A DNA stretch of 55,761 nucleotides from a virus (IMGVR_UViG_3300037424_001314:1-55761), one strand, 5' to 3'; shown: positions 46,778 through 55,741, counted from the stretch's first letter. Numbers and translations are program-made. Notes: generated from the letters alone by a model not told the origin.

Positions 46778-46944
46778 CTTAATCCCAGATAGACGGCCCA
46801 CGCCAGGAGCAGCGGGAACACCCCGAATACACAGGTACGAGTGAGCAGGCAGTTCAACCCGCTCTTGGGGAACCATCCTTTGATGATCACTGTCAGCAGC
46901 GTAATGGGCGCTGCGATGAAATAGACTATGATCTCAGTTGTCAT
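46774..46944 (-). CDS. Small two-TM membrane protein
   Basis: GAGGAGG RBS; two hydrophobic segments; ATGA overlap. Confidence 0.55.
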   Translation of the reverse strand: MTTEIIVYFIAAPITLLTVIIKGWFPKSGLNCLLTRTCVFGVFPLLLAWAVYLGLR

Positions 46945-46957
46945 GCGTCGTTCCTCC

Positions 46958-49063
46958 TCACCATATGCGGCGTCCGCCCATTCCTTGATGGTTACCGGCC
47001 GACCCGCTCCGCATTTCGCCATGATCCTGCTGGCCCGTCTCTTCCGCCTCGTCGGGCTCCACCCGCCGCATACGGCCCTGAAGACGCTTCAATAAGGACA
47101 CAGCTCCTGCCGCGGAATCTGCGCAATCTTTCGAGCCATTCCCTGGATGCTCGATCTTAAGCTTGCCCCGCTCGGTTTCGCGCCTCAATTCCCGAGTTTC
47201 TTTAATCAATATCGAATGTGGCGGAATCAGTATCCTGCCATCTCGGATCGAGTGCCTATATTCGAAATAGCCTACCGGTGTGCGGTCCATTGATGCTTGG
47301 CCACACGCAATTCCGGCATTACGCCAAGTTTGGAGCATGTATTCCCAGGTTATCCAGTCAATAGATCCCCAAGAGACATCGATGTATCGTTTCAGTTCAA
47401 TTGGTAGGTCGGCAAGCATAATCATGTCAATTATGTCGCCAGGGGCCGCTAAAATCTGTAGCACCCCATCTAGACAATATGCCGGCATTTCGACATTTTC
47501 AACGCTCCTGACTTCCTCCGTTTTTTTGTCATAATAGAATCCTTTTTTTACAAGAACTCGGTCAATGATCCTTGCAAACGTCAGCCCGGCTGCGTCTTTT
47601 CTTCCCAGAGACGTATCGAGATGGAATGCAAATTTGAAATCGCCCTCCACATTGATTTGTTGGATGTAATCCATGTCGAACAGCTCGTGCCAGGGCATAT
47701 CTTTCCGCAGGACAACACTTTCTGTCCGGAACAGAGAACGCCCTCCGGTGCGTGCAATGAATTTGTCTTGCGCCGCTTGAATTTCTTTGGGGTAGGGAAT
47801 GAATCTCCCTGTTGCTGTGCTAGGGACACCCCCAAAATCCTTCAATGCCTGCTCAAGATCATCCTCAAAATCCTTCCGATGGGACTCCGGAACCCTGATA
47901 ACGTTGAGCCATTCGCCGCACCAGTCGTCGTCCACCAAGTTACACGGTTCCTCACTGTAGTCATCCTGCCATTGTTCGGCATCCTCAATTCTTTGGAGTA
48001 TTCGTGCCGGCCGATAGTCGGTTGCCTTTTCTACATAAAATCGTTCCTGCCCCTCGTATTCGTGGGGTTTCGCTCCCCACAAGGAGTGCTCAATTACCAA
48101 AATCATCGGGTCTGTTTTTGCTTCTCGGGTTTTACGGTCCGTGAAGTCGCCTAAATAACGGCGGGCTGAGTCAATAATGATTCTGCCAAGGAAACCACCA
48201 GCCTCGATGAGCGACTTGAATCTGCCCACCACCCGGTTGCGGAATGCCCGGAATACTTCCTGCCCAATATCCATAACGTCTTTATCAGACTGATCTAGCA
48301 TCACGCTGTTGCGCAGGACTTTCATTTCATTGATCTCTGTGATAACTCCGCCAACTACATTTTTGCTTACGATCGAGTTGATAGAGCCGGTAATGGGCTT
48401 TACCGTTATCGAGTTGGGGAACCCCATTTCAGCATCTTTTTTCTTGTTCCGTTGAAAATTCTTCTGAAAATATGGGCTGTTATCTATCGCACGGAGCATG
48501 CGCATGTAGATAGCATCCTCTGCGGTTTCCCTCTTAAACGACTGAATTATAATGAATATCTCGTCACTAGGAATCATGTGCAATTCGAGCTGCGGATTCC
48601 AGAGGATAGACAGGAGATACAGGGTATAGCTCGTAGATATTGCAGCGGTAGTGCTTTTGAACGTCCCTTGTGCGCCGGTGAGTAACACCTCAAGGGGAGT
48701 TGGTTGCACATGCCATATTTTCCATAGATCTTCGCGTTCAGACGGGAATAACGGGGTGCCAATATTGTAGATTTTCCGCGACTCCGCAAACTCAAGTACA
48801 TCGACAATCGTGTCAGATTTGTAGCCGCGGCGCTGCTCAAGAAATGCGGCGTCCCTTTCTGCTATAGCCTGCTGGAGGTTATTGAGTAGCCCGAGAAACT
48901 GATCAAGCCGGATCTGTTCCGTGAGATCCTGCGGGAGGCTCTGGAGATACGCTTCCACCAGTCGGATGTCCGACGGGCTCACCCCCGATTCCCTCCCCAA
49001 GTTCCACCACATCTCCAGTGCCTGACTCAGGCTCACAAACTGGTTTGTATAGTCCTGTTGCAT
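46958..49063 (-). CDS. terL: Terminase large subunit
   Basis: Walker A GAQGTFKST, Walker B-like GGVITEINE, nuclease HLDTS...KDAAG and HPGNGSKDCADS. Confidence 0.88.
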   Translation of the reverse strand: MQQDYTNQFVSLSQALEMWWNLGRESGVSPSDIRLVEAYLQSLPQDLTEQIRLDQFLGLLNNLQQAIAERDAAFLEQRRGYKSDTIVDVLEFAESRKIYNIGTPLFPSEREDLWKIWHVQPTPLEVLLTGAQGTFKSTTAAISTSYTLYLLSILWNPQLELHMIPSDEIFIIIQSFKRETAEDAIYMRMLRAIDNSPYFQKNFQRNKKKDAEMGFPNSITVKPITGSINSIVSKNVVGGVITEINEMKVLRNSVMLDQSDKDVMDIGQEVFRAFRNRVVGRFKSLIEAGGFLGRIIIDSARRYLGDFTDRKTREAKTDPMILVIEHSLWGAKPHEYEGQERFYVEKATDYRPARILQRIEDAEQWQDDYSEEPCNLVDDDWCGEWLNVIRVPESHRKDFEDDLEQALKDFGGVPSTATGRFIPYPKEIQAAQDKFIARTGGRSLFRTESVVLRKDMPWHELFDMDYIQQINVEGDFKFAFHLDTSLGRKDAAGLTFARIIDRVLVKKGFYYDKKTEEVRSVENVEMPAYCLDGVLQILAAPGDIIDMIMLADLPIELKRYIDVSWGSIDWITWEYMLQTWRNAGIACGQASMDRTPVGYFEYRHSIRDGRILIPPHSILIKETRELRRETERGKLKIEHPGNGSKDCADSAAGAVSLLKRLQGRMRRVEPDEAEETGQQDHGEMRSGSAGNHQGMGGRRIW

Positions 49064-49775
49064 CCCGTGTCGTTTCTAATTGCGGTTGACGCGTTCCCAT
49101 TGTGGTCATTGCGTTGGCGAATTTGCCAAGTGCGGCGCCGAGTGTATCGCGATTGTCTACCCCCTGCTGCACGACCATTTGGAGGTTCTCAATTTGTATG
49201 CGGCCCCGGTAGTCGTCCGAAGTCCCGTCTCCTAGAATTTTGAGTAGTTTCAACAATTCGATAATTTGTGTGAATGTGCCCTGGAGCGAATTGGCGATTT
49301 TGGAGACATCACTGGCGTCGGAATATTGGTTCTCAAGTATTGTGTCCAGTTTCCGTTCCAATTTATCTGCAAGTCCGATCATCCGCCGGAGCGGGTCGTA
49401 TCGTTTTCTTAGATCAGATTGGATTTGTTGCTCGCGCTGATTGAGCTGCTGCCCCTCTTCGTGCTTGCCCGCCGCGATGCCTTTCCAGGGCTTGACTTTG
49501 CGTTCACCTATCCGCCCGAAAAGCCGCTTGCCTACGCGGCCAATGGCATTCCGGATGACCATTTCTTTCGGGTCCGACAGGACGCCCCAGCTCATGACAA
49601 TGTGAGCCATGCGAATGTATGCGCCCTTATCTTGCACAGAGTAGAGGTTGCGGAGGGTCGTATAGAATTCCAGAACACGCTCGTCATCCAGGGCTTTGAG
49701 TTGACACTCTCCAATTGCCTCGCGAGTTATTGAGAGAACTTCTTCTGTACGTTCAGGGGTTGGGGGTTTAGGCAT
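48903..49775 (-). CDS. Probable terminase small subunit
   Basis: Helical protein immediately upstream of and overlapping terL. Confidence 0.5.
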   Translation of the reverse strand: MPKPPTPERTEEVLSITREAIGECQLKALDDERVLEFYTTLRNLYSVQDKGAYIRMAHIVMSWGVLSDPKEMVIRNAIGRVGKRLFGRIGERKVKPWKGIAAGKHEEGQQLNQREQQIQSDLRKRYDPLRRMIGLADKLERKLDTILENQYSDASDVSKIANSLQGTFTQIIELLKLLKILGDGTSDDYRGRIQIENLQMVVQQGVDNRDTLGAALGKFANAMTTMGTRQPQLETTRDATGLYKPVCEPESGTGDVVELGEGIGGEPVGHPTGGSVSPEPPAGSHGTDPA

Positions 49776-50008
49776 TAGAACACAAGCCCTTCCATGTCCA
49801 CACAATCGGAATATCTGAAAATGACACCACAACCGAGGCACATAAATTGAGGGTCGTCATCCTCACGGCATTCTCTGGGGGGTCGTCGGGAGGCAACACT
49901 GACGGTGTTCTCACATGAGCAGAACGGGCAATCGGGATTATGCAGTTTCATTGTCGTTGATGAATTCAGAATCATCGAGATTCTCAAAAACGCTTTCCGG
50001 CAGCTCAA
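49775..50008 (-). CDS. Small zinc-ribbon protein
   Basis: CPFC...CLGC; the real start is probably MKLHNPDC. Confidence 0.55.
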   Translation of the reverse strand: MSCRKAFLRISMILNSSTTMKLHNPDCPFCSCENTVSVASRRPPRECREDDDPQFMCLGCGVIFRYSDCVDMEGLVF

Positions 50009-50102
50009 GAATTTCGTTCGTTTTTTCGGGAGAAAACCCAGCGTCTATCAGGTCACAATACGTGACCAAGCTTTCCTCTGTGAGCATCACGAGTTCTCGC
50101 AT
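49938..50102 (-). CDS. Small acidic hypothetical protein
   Basis: GAGGAG RBS before MRELVMLTEE. Confidence 0.5.
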   Translation of the reverse strand: MRELVMLTEESLVTYCDLIDAGFSPEKTNEILELPESVFENLDDSEFINDNETA

Positions 50103-50264
50103 GGCGTCTCTATCTCCTCGTCCAAAATGAACTCCACGACCCCTCCGCATTCCGGGCACCGGGCGTGTTGGCATTTGCACCACGATGGCACTGGTTTAAA
50201 GTCGGGGTCCTCGCCGGTCCACGCGCACTCTATGCATTGAAAATTGTCCTTGTTCATGAGTTTG

Positions 50265-50483
50265 TTACCCTAATATCGTCTGCCATCCGGTCAATTTGAG
50301 GTTCGGCAAGTCATCTTGCGGCCCTTCACAACAGATAGCCCTGGACGGCACAGAACTTGGCATCCACGCCGGGCAATCCCCAAATTCAATTTCACCGTAT
50401 TCGTTCACCCCCACGGGCCGCTCGAAATCCATGTAATCAAAGTCGTAACAATGTTTGTGGTGCGTTCCGTAAAAGAAGGGCAT
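50265..50483 (-). CDS. Small hypothetical protein
   Basis: GGAGG RBS. Confidence 0.5.
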   Translation of the reverse strand: MPFFYGTHHKHCYDFDYMDFERPVGVNEYGEIEFGDCPAWMPSSVPSRAICCEGPQDDLPNLKLTGWQTILG

Positions 50484-50504
50484 GTAATGCCTCCGAGAGA
50501 AATC

Positions 50505-50861
50505 TTACCCGCGCAACCCAACTGCATCTGCGAATTTCCCGTGTCTGTAATGCGATTTGGCCCCGTTGTGTGCTGACGATGTGCAGCGAATGACTCGAAA
50601 CAAAACTTCAATGGTGTCCGGAATCTTCGTGAGGACAGGGTTTCCGTCGCCGTCTACATGATCGTTTCCGTCAGCATGTTGTAGTTGAACCACACACCAA
50701 TCAACGACACGAAAACCCGAGGGCATAGCAACCAAGTCGTCACGATTGAGAATGAGCGGACGATCGAGCGGTAACATGAATTTCTCACCATCCGGCAAAC
50801 TCAGAGGGACCGACGTAATCTCCAGCTCTTGGGAGTGAATTTTTTGAAATTGGGTTCTCAC
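50505..50861 (-). CDS. Hypothetical protein
   Basis: GAGG RBS with GTG start. Confidence 0.5.
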   Translation of the reverse strand: MRTQFQKIHSQELEITSVPLSLPDGEKFMLPLDRPLILNRDDLVAMPSGFRVVDWCVVQLQHADGNDHVDGDGNPVLTKIPDTIEVLFRVIRCTSSAHNGAKSHYRHGKFADAVGLRG

Positions 50862-51027
50862 GCTGAAACCTCTTCTGATTTAATTTGGGGCCGCCGGGCT
50901 GGGATCGAACCGCCGTTCCCTCTGCGGGTGCCTGGGTAGGTGCTCGCTCCGGCGAACGAAGTCCGCAGCCATGTAGCACAACGAGTGCCCCGACAAGCGC
51001 GGCGCCAATCCAAATTTTTCGCAACAT
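50785..51027 (-). CDS. Possible lipoprotein
   Basis: MLRKIWIGAALVGALVVLHG-C lipobox-like signal. Confidence 0.5.
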   Translation of the reverse strand: MLRKIWIGAALVGALVVLHGCGLRSPERAPTQAPAEGTAVRSQPGGPKLNQKRFQRENPISKNSLPRAGDYVGPSEFAGW

Positions 51028-51028
51028 G

Positions 51029-51448
51029 CTAATTCTCGTTTCTCAAAAAGAAATACGTCAACGGAATAGCCGACAGAAAATTGAACATGTCTGCCGCTGA
51101 TTTCCAGTAGTCTCCGCACCAGGTTATTCCCATTTTCTGGGGGCCCGCTACGCCGATTAGATACGCGAACGGGAAAACCATCAGGACGTTCCAAAAAACG
51201 ATCAGTGCCCACGCTGCGAGCGCCACGGTTAGGTCCACCGGTTTTTCGTCACCGCCACCCCGGAAAAGTCCAGCGATAATTAATCCGCCCGGCGGTGCGT
51301 AGACAGAGCCGATTTGCTTGAATAGTTCCGCGATGTCTGTCTGCAAATACCAGAAGCCCCACGCTACAAGCACGAGCCCGCAATTTAGGGCGAAGAACCC
51401 AAGATAGGTCCAGAAAATCAAATTGCGGGTTGATGCCGTTGTGAGCAT
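51029..51448 (-). CDS. Four-TM membrane protein
   Basis: Four hydrophobic segments. Confidence 0.7.
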   Translation of the reverse strand: MLTTASTRNLIFWTYLGFFALNCGLVLVAWGFWYLQTDIAELFKQIGSVYAPPGGLIIAGLFRGGGDEKPVDLTVALAAWALIVFWNVLMVFPFAYLIGVAGPQKMGITWCGDYWKSAADMFNFLSAIPLTYFFLRNEN

Positions 51449-51473
51449 GTCAGGCCAGCCCCCACTTCATTGT

Positions 51474-51980
51474 TTACCTCGCGGGAACTGTGATGATTGT
51501 CTTTTTCCCTGTGCTCACGATCGAGACATGCCCCTGTTGGAACGGCACACAGATTGCGAGCTCGCCTTTTTCGTTGTCAATCTGTATCCCGGTGTCAAAA
51601 TTCGCGTTGTGGCCTGGCGAGAATGCGCTTGGGCTCGTGATGTCCACCGGCGGAGCGGTAGGGGGGGTGTCCTGCACGGCGGGCAATTCCCCTGCACTGT
51701 CTGGCGTCACTTCGGGCTGAATCACGCTGTTCGGTTCGTCACTCATTGGCTGAGTCTCCTTTTGAGTTGGTAATTCGTTCGCCTCTGTGATGCTTCCCCA
51801 GATCACGGGCTCGCCGATGGGAGGCTGTACGACGATTTTCGTGTCAGGGTCCTGTGTCTGTATTTGAGGGTCGCTACTCTCGTCGCTCGCCACCGTGGGC
51901 ATCTCGTCAGGGGCATCCACCGGCGCTTCTGTCATCAATTCTTCTGTGTCGGCCATGCTGATTTCCTTCCTTCCGAACAT
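51474..51980 (-). CDS. Acidic Pro-rich hypothetical protein
   Basis: First gene after the 52.2-kb promoter. Confidence 0.6.
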   Translation of the reverse strand: MFGRKEISMADTEELMTEAPVDAPDEMPTVASDESSDPQIQTQDPDTKIVVQPPIGEPVIWGSITEANELPTQKETQPMSDEPNSVIQPEVTPDSAGELPAVQDTPPTAPPVDITSPSAFSPGHNANFDTGIQIDNEKGELAICVPFQQGHVSIVSTGKKTIITVPAR

Positions 51981-52191
51981 CTATTACCTCGCTTGTCGTC
52001 GGACTCTCCAGGCGGGGCTCGATCCGACAGGATCACGCGGGAGAGGGTTGGCGAGGTGGGGGGCGGGGCAGCACCCGGTATGCAGGTCGATTAGTGAGGC
52101 CCCGCCTGTTAAAGCCCGTTTGGGTGCTGGGTAGGTTTCAAATCGTGCGGTCATGCGTTAACTCTGTTGCTTCATAATGATCGTTGGGGGA

Positions 52192-52220
52192 GTTATATTA
52201 ACCGCGTAGGTTAATGTCAA
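52192..52220 (-). promoter_or_regulatory. Sigma70 promoter with palindromic spacer, driving the terminase operon
   Basis: TTGACA-TTAACCTACGCGGTTAA-TATAAC on the minus strand; near copy of 29421-29449. Confidence 0.8.
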
Positions 52221-52303
52221 GGATTAAGTTAAACAATTTGGATGGTGGCGTTGGCGTGGATATTGCAAGAAAAATGAGTAAAATTCGAGGGGAAGGAGGC
52301 TTT

Positions 52304-52462
52304 ATGATCACAACCATTTTGGCGATTCTTGTTGGCATGACCATAGGGTTTGTGTTGGCCACACTATGCCCGCTTGACCGACACGCTATACTCGTCTGGT
52401 TCTGGCTGGATCGGGTAGGAAAGCGCATTGAACGTTTGGGACACAAGAGGGGTCGTAAATGA
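52304..52462 (+). CDS. Small membrane protein
   Basis: AGGAGG RBS before MITTILAILVG. Confidence 0.55.
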   Translation: MITTILAILVGMTIGFVLATLCPLDRHAILVWFWLDRVGKRIERLGHKRGRK

Positions 52463-52683
52463 AGCGCTGTAAGATCTATTTCACAGGGATGAGCGGCGAG
52501 GTCTACACGGACACGATTGACGGGGACCACATCGCCGCAGAGCGCTATGTGCGGGACAATTTCTTGCATGGCATGTTCCACGGGACTAAACCAAGCGAAT
52601 TTGACGGTGCCCGCATCTGGGAGATAACCCCCGGCGCCGTCGAGAGCGTGTGTATCGAGGAATTCGAGGAGGAAGAGAGTTGA
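52459..52683 (+). CDS. Small hypothetical protein
   Basis: ATGA overlap; GAGG RBS. Confidence 0.55.
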   Translation: MKRCKIYFTGMSGEVYTDTIDGDHIAAERYVRDNFLHGMFHGTKPSEFDGARIWEITPGAVESVCIEEFEEEES

Positions 52684-53387
52684 GGAATCCTCGCAAAGCC
52701 AAAGATGTTGTTTCCACAAAGGACATTGTACGTAAAATCAGATCTTTACCGTTAAATTTAGCTGGGAAAATCATTGGAGATTTTCAATATCTCGAAAAGC
52801 GACCGAAGCCGTCTTTAGTCGCTGGAGATTTTGTGTGGATATGCCGCTGTATTAAGTGCGGAGAGATTACGCGCATAGATCGGTGGGAATTTATTTTTGG
52901 CATCCCGGGTCGATGTTTCAGTTGTATGCCTAAAAGAAAAAGGTGCGATGCTAAGAATGGCAGCAAGTCTCCCGAATATCAATGTTGGACTGCTATGAAA
53001 CAGCGTTGTCAGAACCCCAAAGACGACGCTTGGCCAAGATATGGCGGCAGGGGAATTACTGTCTGCGAAGCCTGGAATAGTTTTGAGCAGTTCGTTAAAG
53101 ATATGGGAAGTCGGCCAACAATGGATCATAGTGTTGAACGGGTTAACAACAATCTAGGATATTTCCCAGGAAATTGTAAATGGGCGACGAGGAAGGAACA
53201 GGGCAGAAATACTCGTCATAACAGGATTATACTGATTGGGTTTAGAGCTATGCCTATTTCTGCTTGGGCAGAACGACTCGGTATAAATTACGGCACCCTT
53301 TTTTCACGGATTAAACGATGGGGGATAACGCCAGCCCTTACTAAGCCAGTCAGGACGTATTCACGCGAGAAAGGGGAGTCCACATGA
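52650..53387 (+). CDS. Phage HNH-type (homing) endonuclease
   Basis: W..MKQRC.NP....RYGGRGITVC..W..F..F..DMG.RP...SVER.NN..GY.PGNCKWAT..EQ..N. Confidence 0.88.
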   Translation: MYRGIRGGRELRNPRKAKDVVSTKDIVRKIRSLPLNLAGKIIGDFQYLEKRPKPSLVAGDFVWICRCIKCGEITRIDRWEFIFGIPGRCFSCMPKRKRCDAKNGSKSPEYQCWTAMKQRCQNPKDDAWPRYGGRGITVCEAWNSFEQFVKDMGSRPTMDHSVERVNNNLGYFPGNCKWATRKEQGRNTRHNRIILIGFRAMPISAWAERLGINYGTLFSRIKRWGITPALTKPVRTYSREKGEST

Positions 53388-53617
53388 AACGTGCAACACT
53401 CATCAAAGAACTGCGCCGCGTAGCTGACGACATGGAGATCAGGCGGTCATATCCTGGGAAGAACAAGCCAAGCACGATCATACTGAAAATTTATTCTGCT
53501 CGCATCCCAGCTAAACTCATAGAAGAATTCCAGAAATTGCCTGGCGCGCAGAACCATAACCTTGAGCGCGCTATGCGGCTGTTCCTACTCGCCCACGGGG
53601 TAGATACATGCGAATAA
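53384..53617 (+). CDS. Small DNA-binding protein, ribbon-helix-helix-like
   Basis: YSARIPAKLIEEF...LERAMRLFL. Confidence 0.55.
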   Translation: MKRATLIKELRRVADDMEIRRSYPGKNKPSTIILKIYSARIPAKLIEEFQKLPGAQNHNLERAMRLFLLAHGVDTCE

Positions 53618-53807
53618 AATGATCAACCAGCTTTCAGACTGGATAGAAATTGCACACAGGCGCTTCTCTGTTACATCCCTGATATTCTTCCTAAAGTTGG
53701 GTTTTGGGTCAAATAGCCCCAAAATAGGGTGCGAAAGTTTTGATCATCATGGTTTTTGGGCTGTCATTATCTCTAATCCTTTCGCTGATATATCAGAGTA
53801 GAGGTTC

Positions 53808-53823
53808 TGGCACGCTTCTAGCA
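53808..53823 (+). promoter_or_regulatory. Sigma54 (-24/-12) promoter
   Basis: TGGCACG-CTTC-TAGCA with exact GG-N10-GC spacing; one mismatch to TGGCACGN4TTGCW. Confidence 0.7.
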
Positions 53824-53833
53824 TATATATTAG

Positions 53834-54351
53834 GTCAACACAGACGAAACGGCAAACGGCCTGCCGAGACACAAAATCGAGCCGACGGAACGGACCGGGA
53901 GACCGGTGGCCAAAGCAGTAAAATTCTGCATCCCCCAAAGCGGCGGCGAGGCAATCGACTGAAGACCCGAGCGCAGGGGGGCAACGAAACCGAACAACGC
54001 CGGTTGAGACGCCGGCCATAACATGACAGCAAGTGCAAGCCTCCCCGTGGCGCTGTCGGGTAACGCCAATTGCACACGGCCTTTGCGAGGTTGGGCCGTA
54101 ACCAACGATAGGGTCTGGGATACCTTACTCATCCGGTTACGCCGACGTTAACCTAAAACCGCAGTCGGGAGGGGGCCACAACTCAGAGTGGTGTCGGGTC
54201 GGTCCTGAACCAAGGTGGGGTGAAATTCCCCACCAATCAGGGCATGCTCCTATCAGGAAGCCTCCACGCGGCGGGAGCGGGTAACGCTAATTCCTGGAAT
54301 CTTCGGACTCGGGACCGGAACACCAACCCGAGCAGGAACGCCTGAGAAAGG
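53834..54351 (+). ncRNA. Putative large structured non-coding RNA (~520 nt)
   Basis: No credible ORF; more than 12 hairpins plus long-range complementarities; starts at the predicted sigma54 start site. Confidence 0.6.
54304..54351 (+). repeat. 48-bp direct repeat, copy 1 (two hairpins plus RBS)
   Basis: 47/48 identical to 55684-55731. Confidence 0.9.
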
Positions 54352-54353
54352 GA

Positions 54354-54806
54354 ATGATGAAACACACGCCAGTCGTAACTCCGTCTGAGATGCAAGGGAT
54401 GATCCCTGAACTTCCAATGGAAATTCTTTCTCCTGACACCGAATGGGAGGCTCGACTCCTGTGGAGTTCAGCACTTTCAGAGCTTCCAGTTCTCACCACA
54501 ACCGGGCTCGTTCATCATCAATTCAAACTTGGAGGAACATGGCACGAGGTTTTGGAGACAGGGAAAGTCAAAGCAGTCTTGTCGTGCGATTCTTTGGGAA
54601 TCAGAACCAACGCCCTGGACATTCAAACCCCCAGAGACGTTGTAGTTGAGGGGGAATTCATCCTCATAGATGGAGATCTACAGATCCGATGGGGAATTAT
54701 CCATAATCACCCACGGATTATTCTTAAATCTCATGCTTCGGGCATGGCGTTTGTTGGGGCCTACGGTGCTCATGCAGTTCAGTTCATGGCCGAAATCGAG
54801 GCATAG
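54354..54806 (+). CDS. Hypothetical protein
   Basis: 150 aa; RBS lies at the end of the repeat. Confidence 0.65.
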   Translation: MMKHTPVVTPSEMQGMIPELPMEILSPDTEWEARLLWSSALSELPVLTTTGLVHHQFKLGGTWHEVLETGKVKAVLSCDSLGIRTNALDIQTPRDVVVEGEFILIDGDLQIRWGIIHNHPRIILKSHASGMAFVGAYGAHAVQFMAEIEA

Positions 54807-54873
54807 CAATCACCAGACACCCGGAACCTGGTCATCAATGCCGGGCGCAATCCGATGCGGAGAGGAAAAGAGA

Positions 54874-55741
54874 ATGGCAAAATACGACATTACCTATTCA
54901 TGTGGACACGACGACCAGATCGCACTATTTGGTCCCACGAGAGATCGAGAGCGCAAGATTGAATGGTACGAATCTAAGGGGATGTGCGGGGAGTGCTATA
55001 AGAAACATCTCCAGGAACAGCGAGAACTCGCAAGCAAAGAAGCCGCCGATAAAGCGCACACTGCGGGGCTCCCCCCTCTCGCCGGCACGGAGAAGCAAAT
55101 CGCTTGGGCGGAAATAATAAGGGCAGAGAAATTGACAGCACTCAGAGATATCGAGCGCTTCCAGGATGACGTGTTGCCCGAAGAGGAGCCGCTATTTGAA
55201 GCGCTTCAGGCAATGTCTAGGCGAGTTCAGGCAATTTCCTGTGCAAAATGGTGGATTGATAATCGCGAGAGAAGTTTTCGCATCTATAATCTATGTCGTG
55301 AATTAGGGGTTAATCTAGCTAAAATAGCAGGTCAAGCCCCCCCCTCCCGGGGTACTTGCTGCCATTGATGCCGCGTTTCGTGAACATCAACCTATAGAGG
55401 CCCAACAATCTGAGGATAGGGTGTCTGAGATTGAAGCTCTTGCAGAAGCAACGATCCGGCCCGAACAGCCAAAAACCGAAACCGTCGCGGAGATCCGAGT
55501 CCTTGATAATGCGGTAGAGATTCTTTTCCCAGAGCGGAGAGAGGACTTTAGAGAGCTGGTGCGCTTCAAGCTTGGTTACACATGGACTGAGCCCTGCTGG
55601 AAACGTGAGCTGAAAAGTGTCAACGGTTCTCCAGCTGACAGGGCTGCTGAGGCTCACCTATGGGTGCTAAAATCCAGATTCTCCGGACTCGGGACCGGAA
55701 CAACAACCCGAGCAGGAACGCCTGAGAAAGGAACACGATGA
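54874..55741 (+). pseudogene. Phage hypothetical protein split by a frameshift in a C8 tract
   Basis: MAKYDITYSCGH...LAGTEKQIAWA...WWIDNR; deleting one C at 55337-55344 fuses it in frame with ORF 55421..55741. Confidence 0.6.
55684..55731 (+). repeat. 48-bp direct repeat, copy 2
   Basis: Followed by ATG at 55738 of an ORF cut by the window end. Confidence 0.9.

Noticed and set aside
46780-46875. tRNA-like 3' end (...GTTCAACCCGCTCTTGGGGAACCA)
   Set aside because: No T-stem or acceptor pairing can be built, and it lies antisense within a plausible membrane-protein gene.
52060-52130. HDV-like ribozyme
   Set aside because: Two stems interleave, but P3/L3, P1.1 and the catalytic junction are not recognisable.
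54205-54245. FMN riboswitch (GGGGTGAAATTCCCCACC resembles one of its hairpins)
   Set aside because: The other conserved FMN elements and a riboflavin-related gene are absent; only the T-loop-like hairpin matches.
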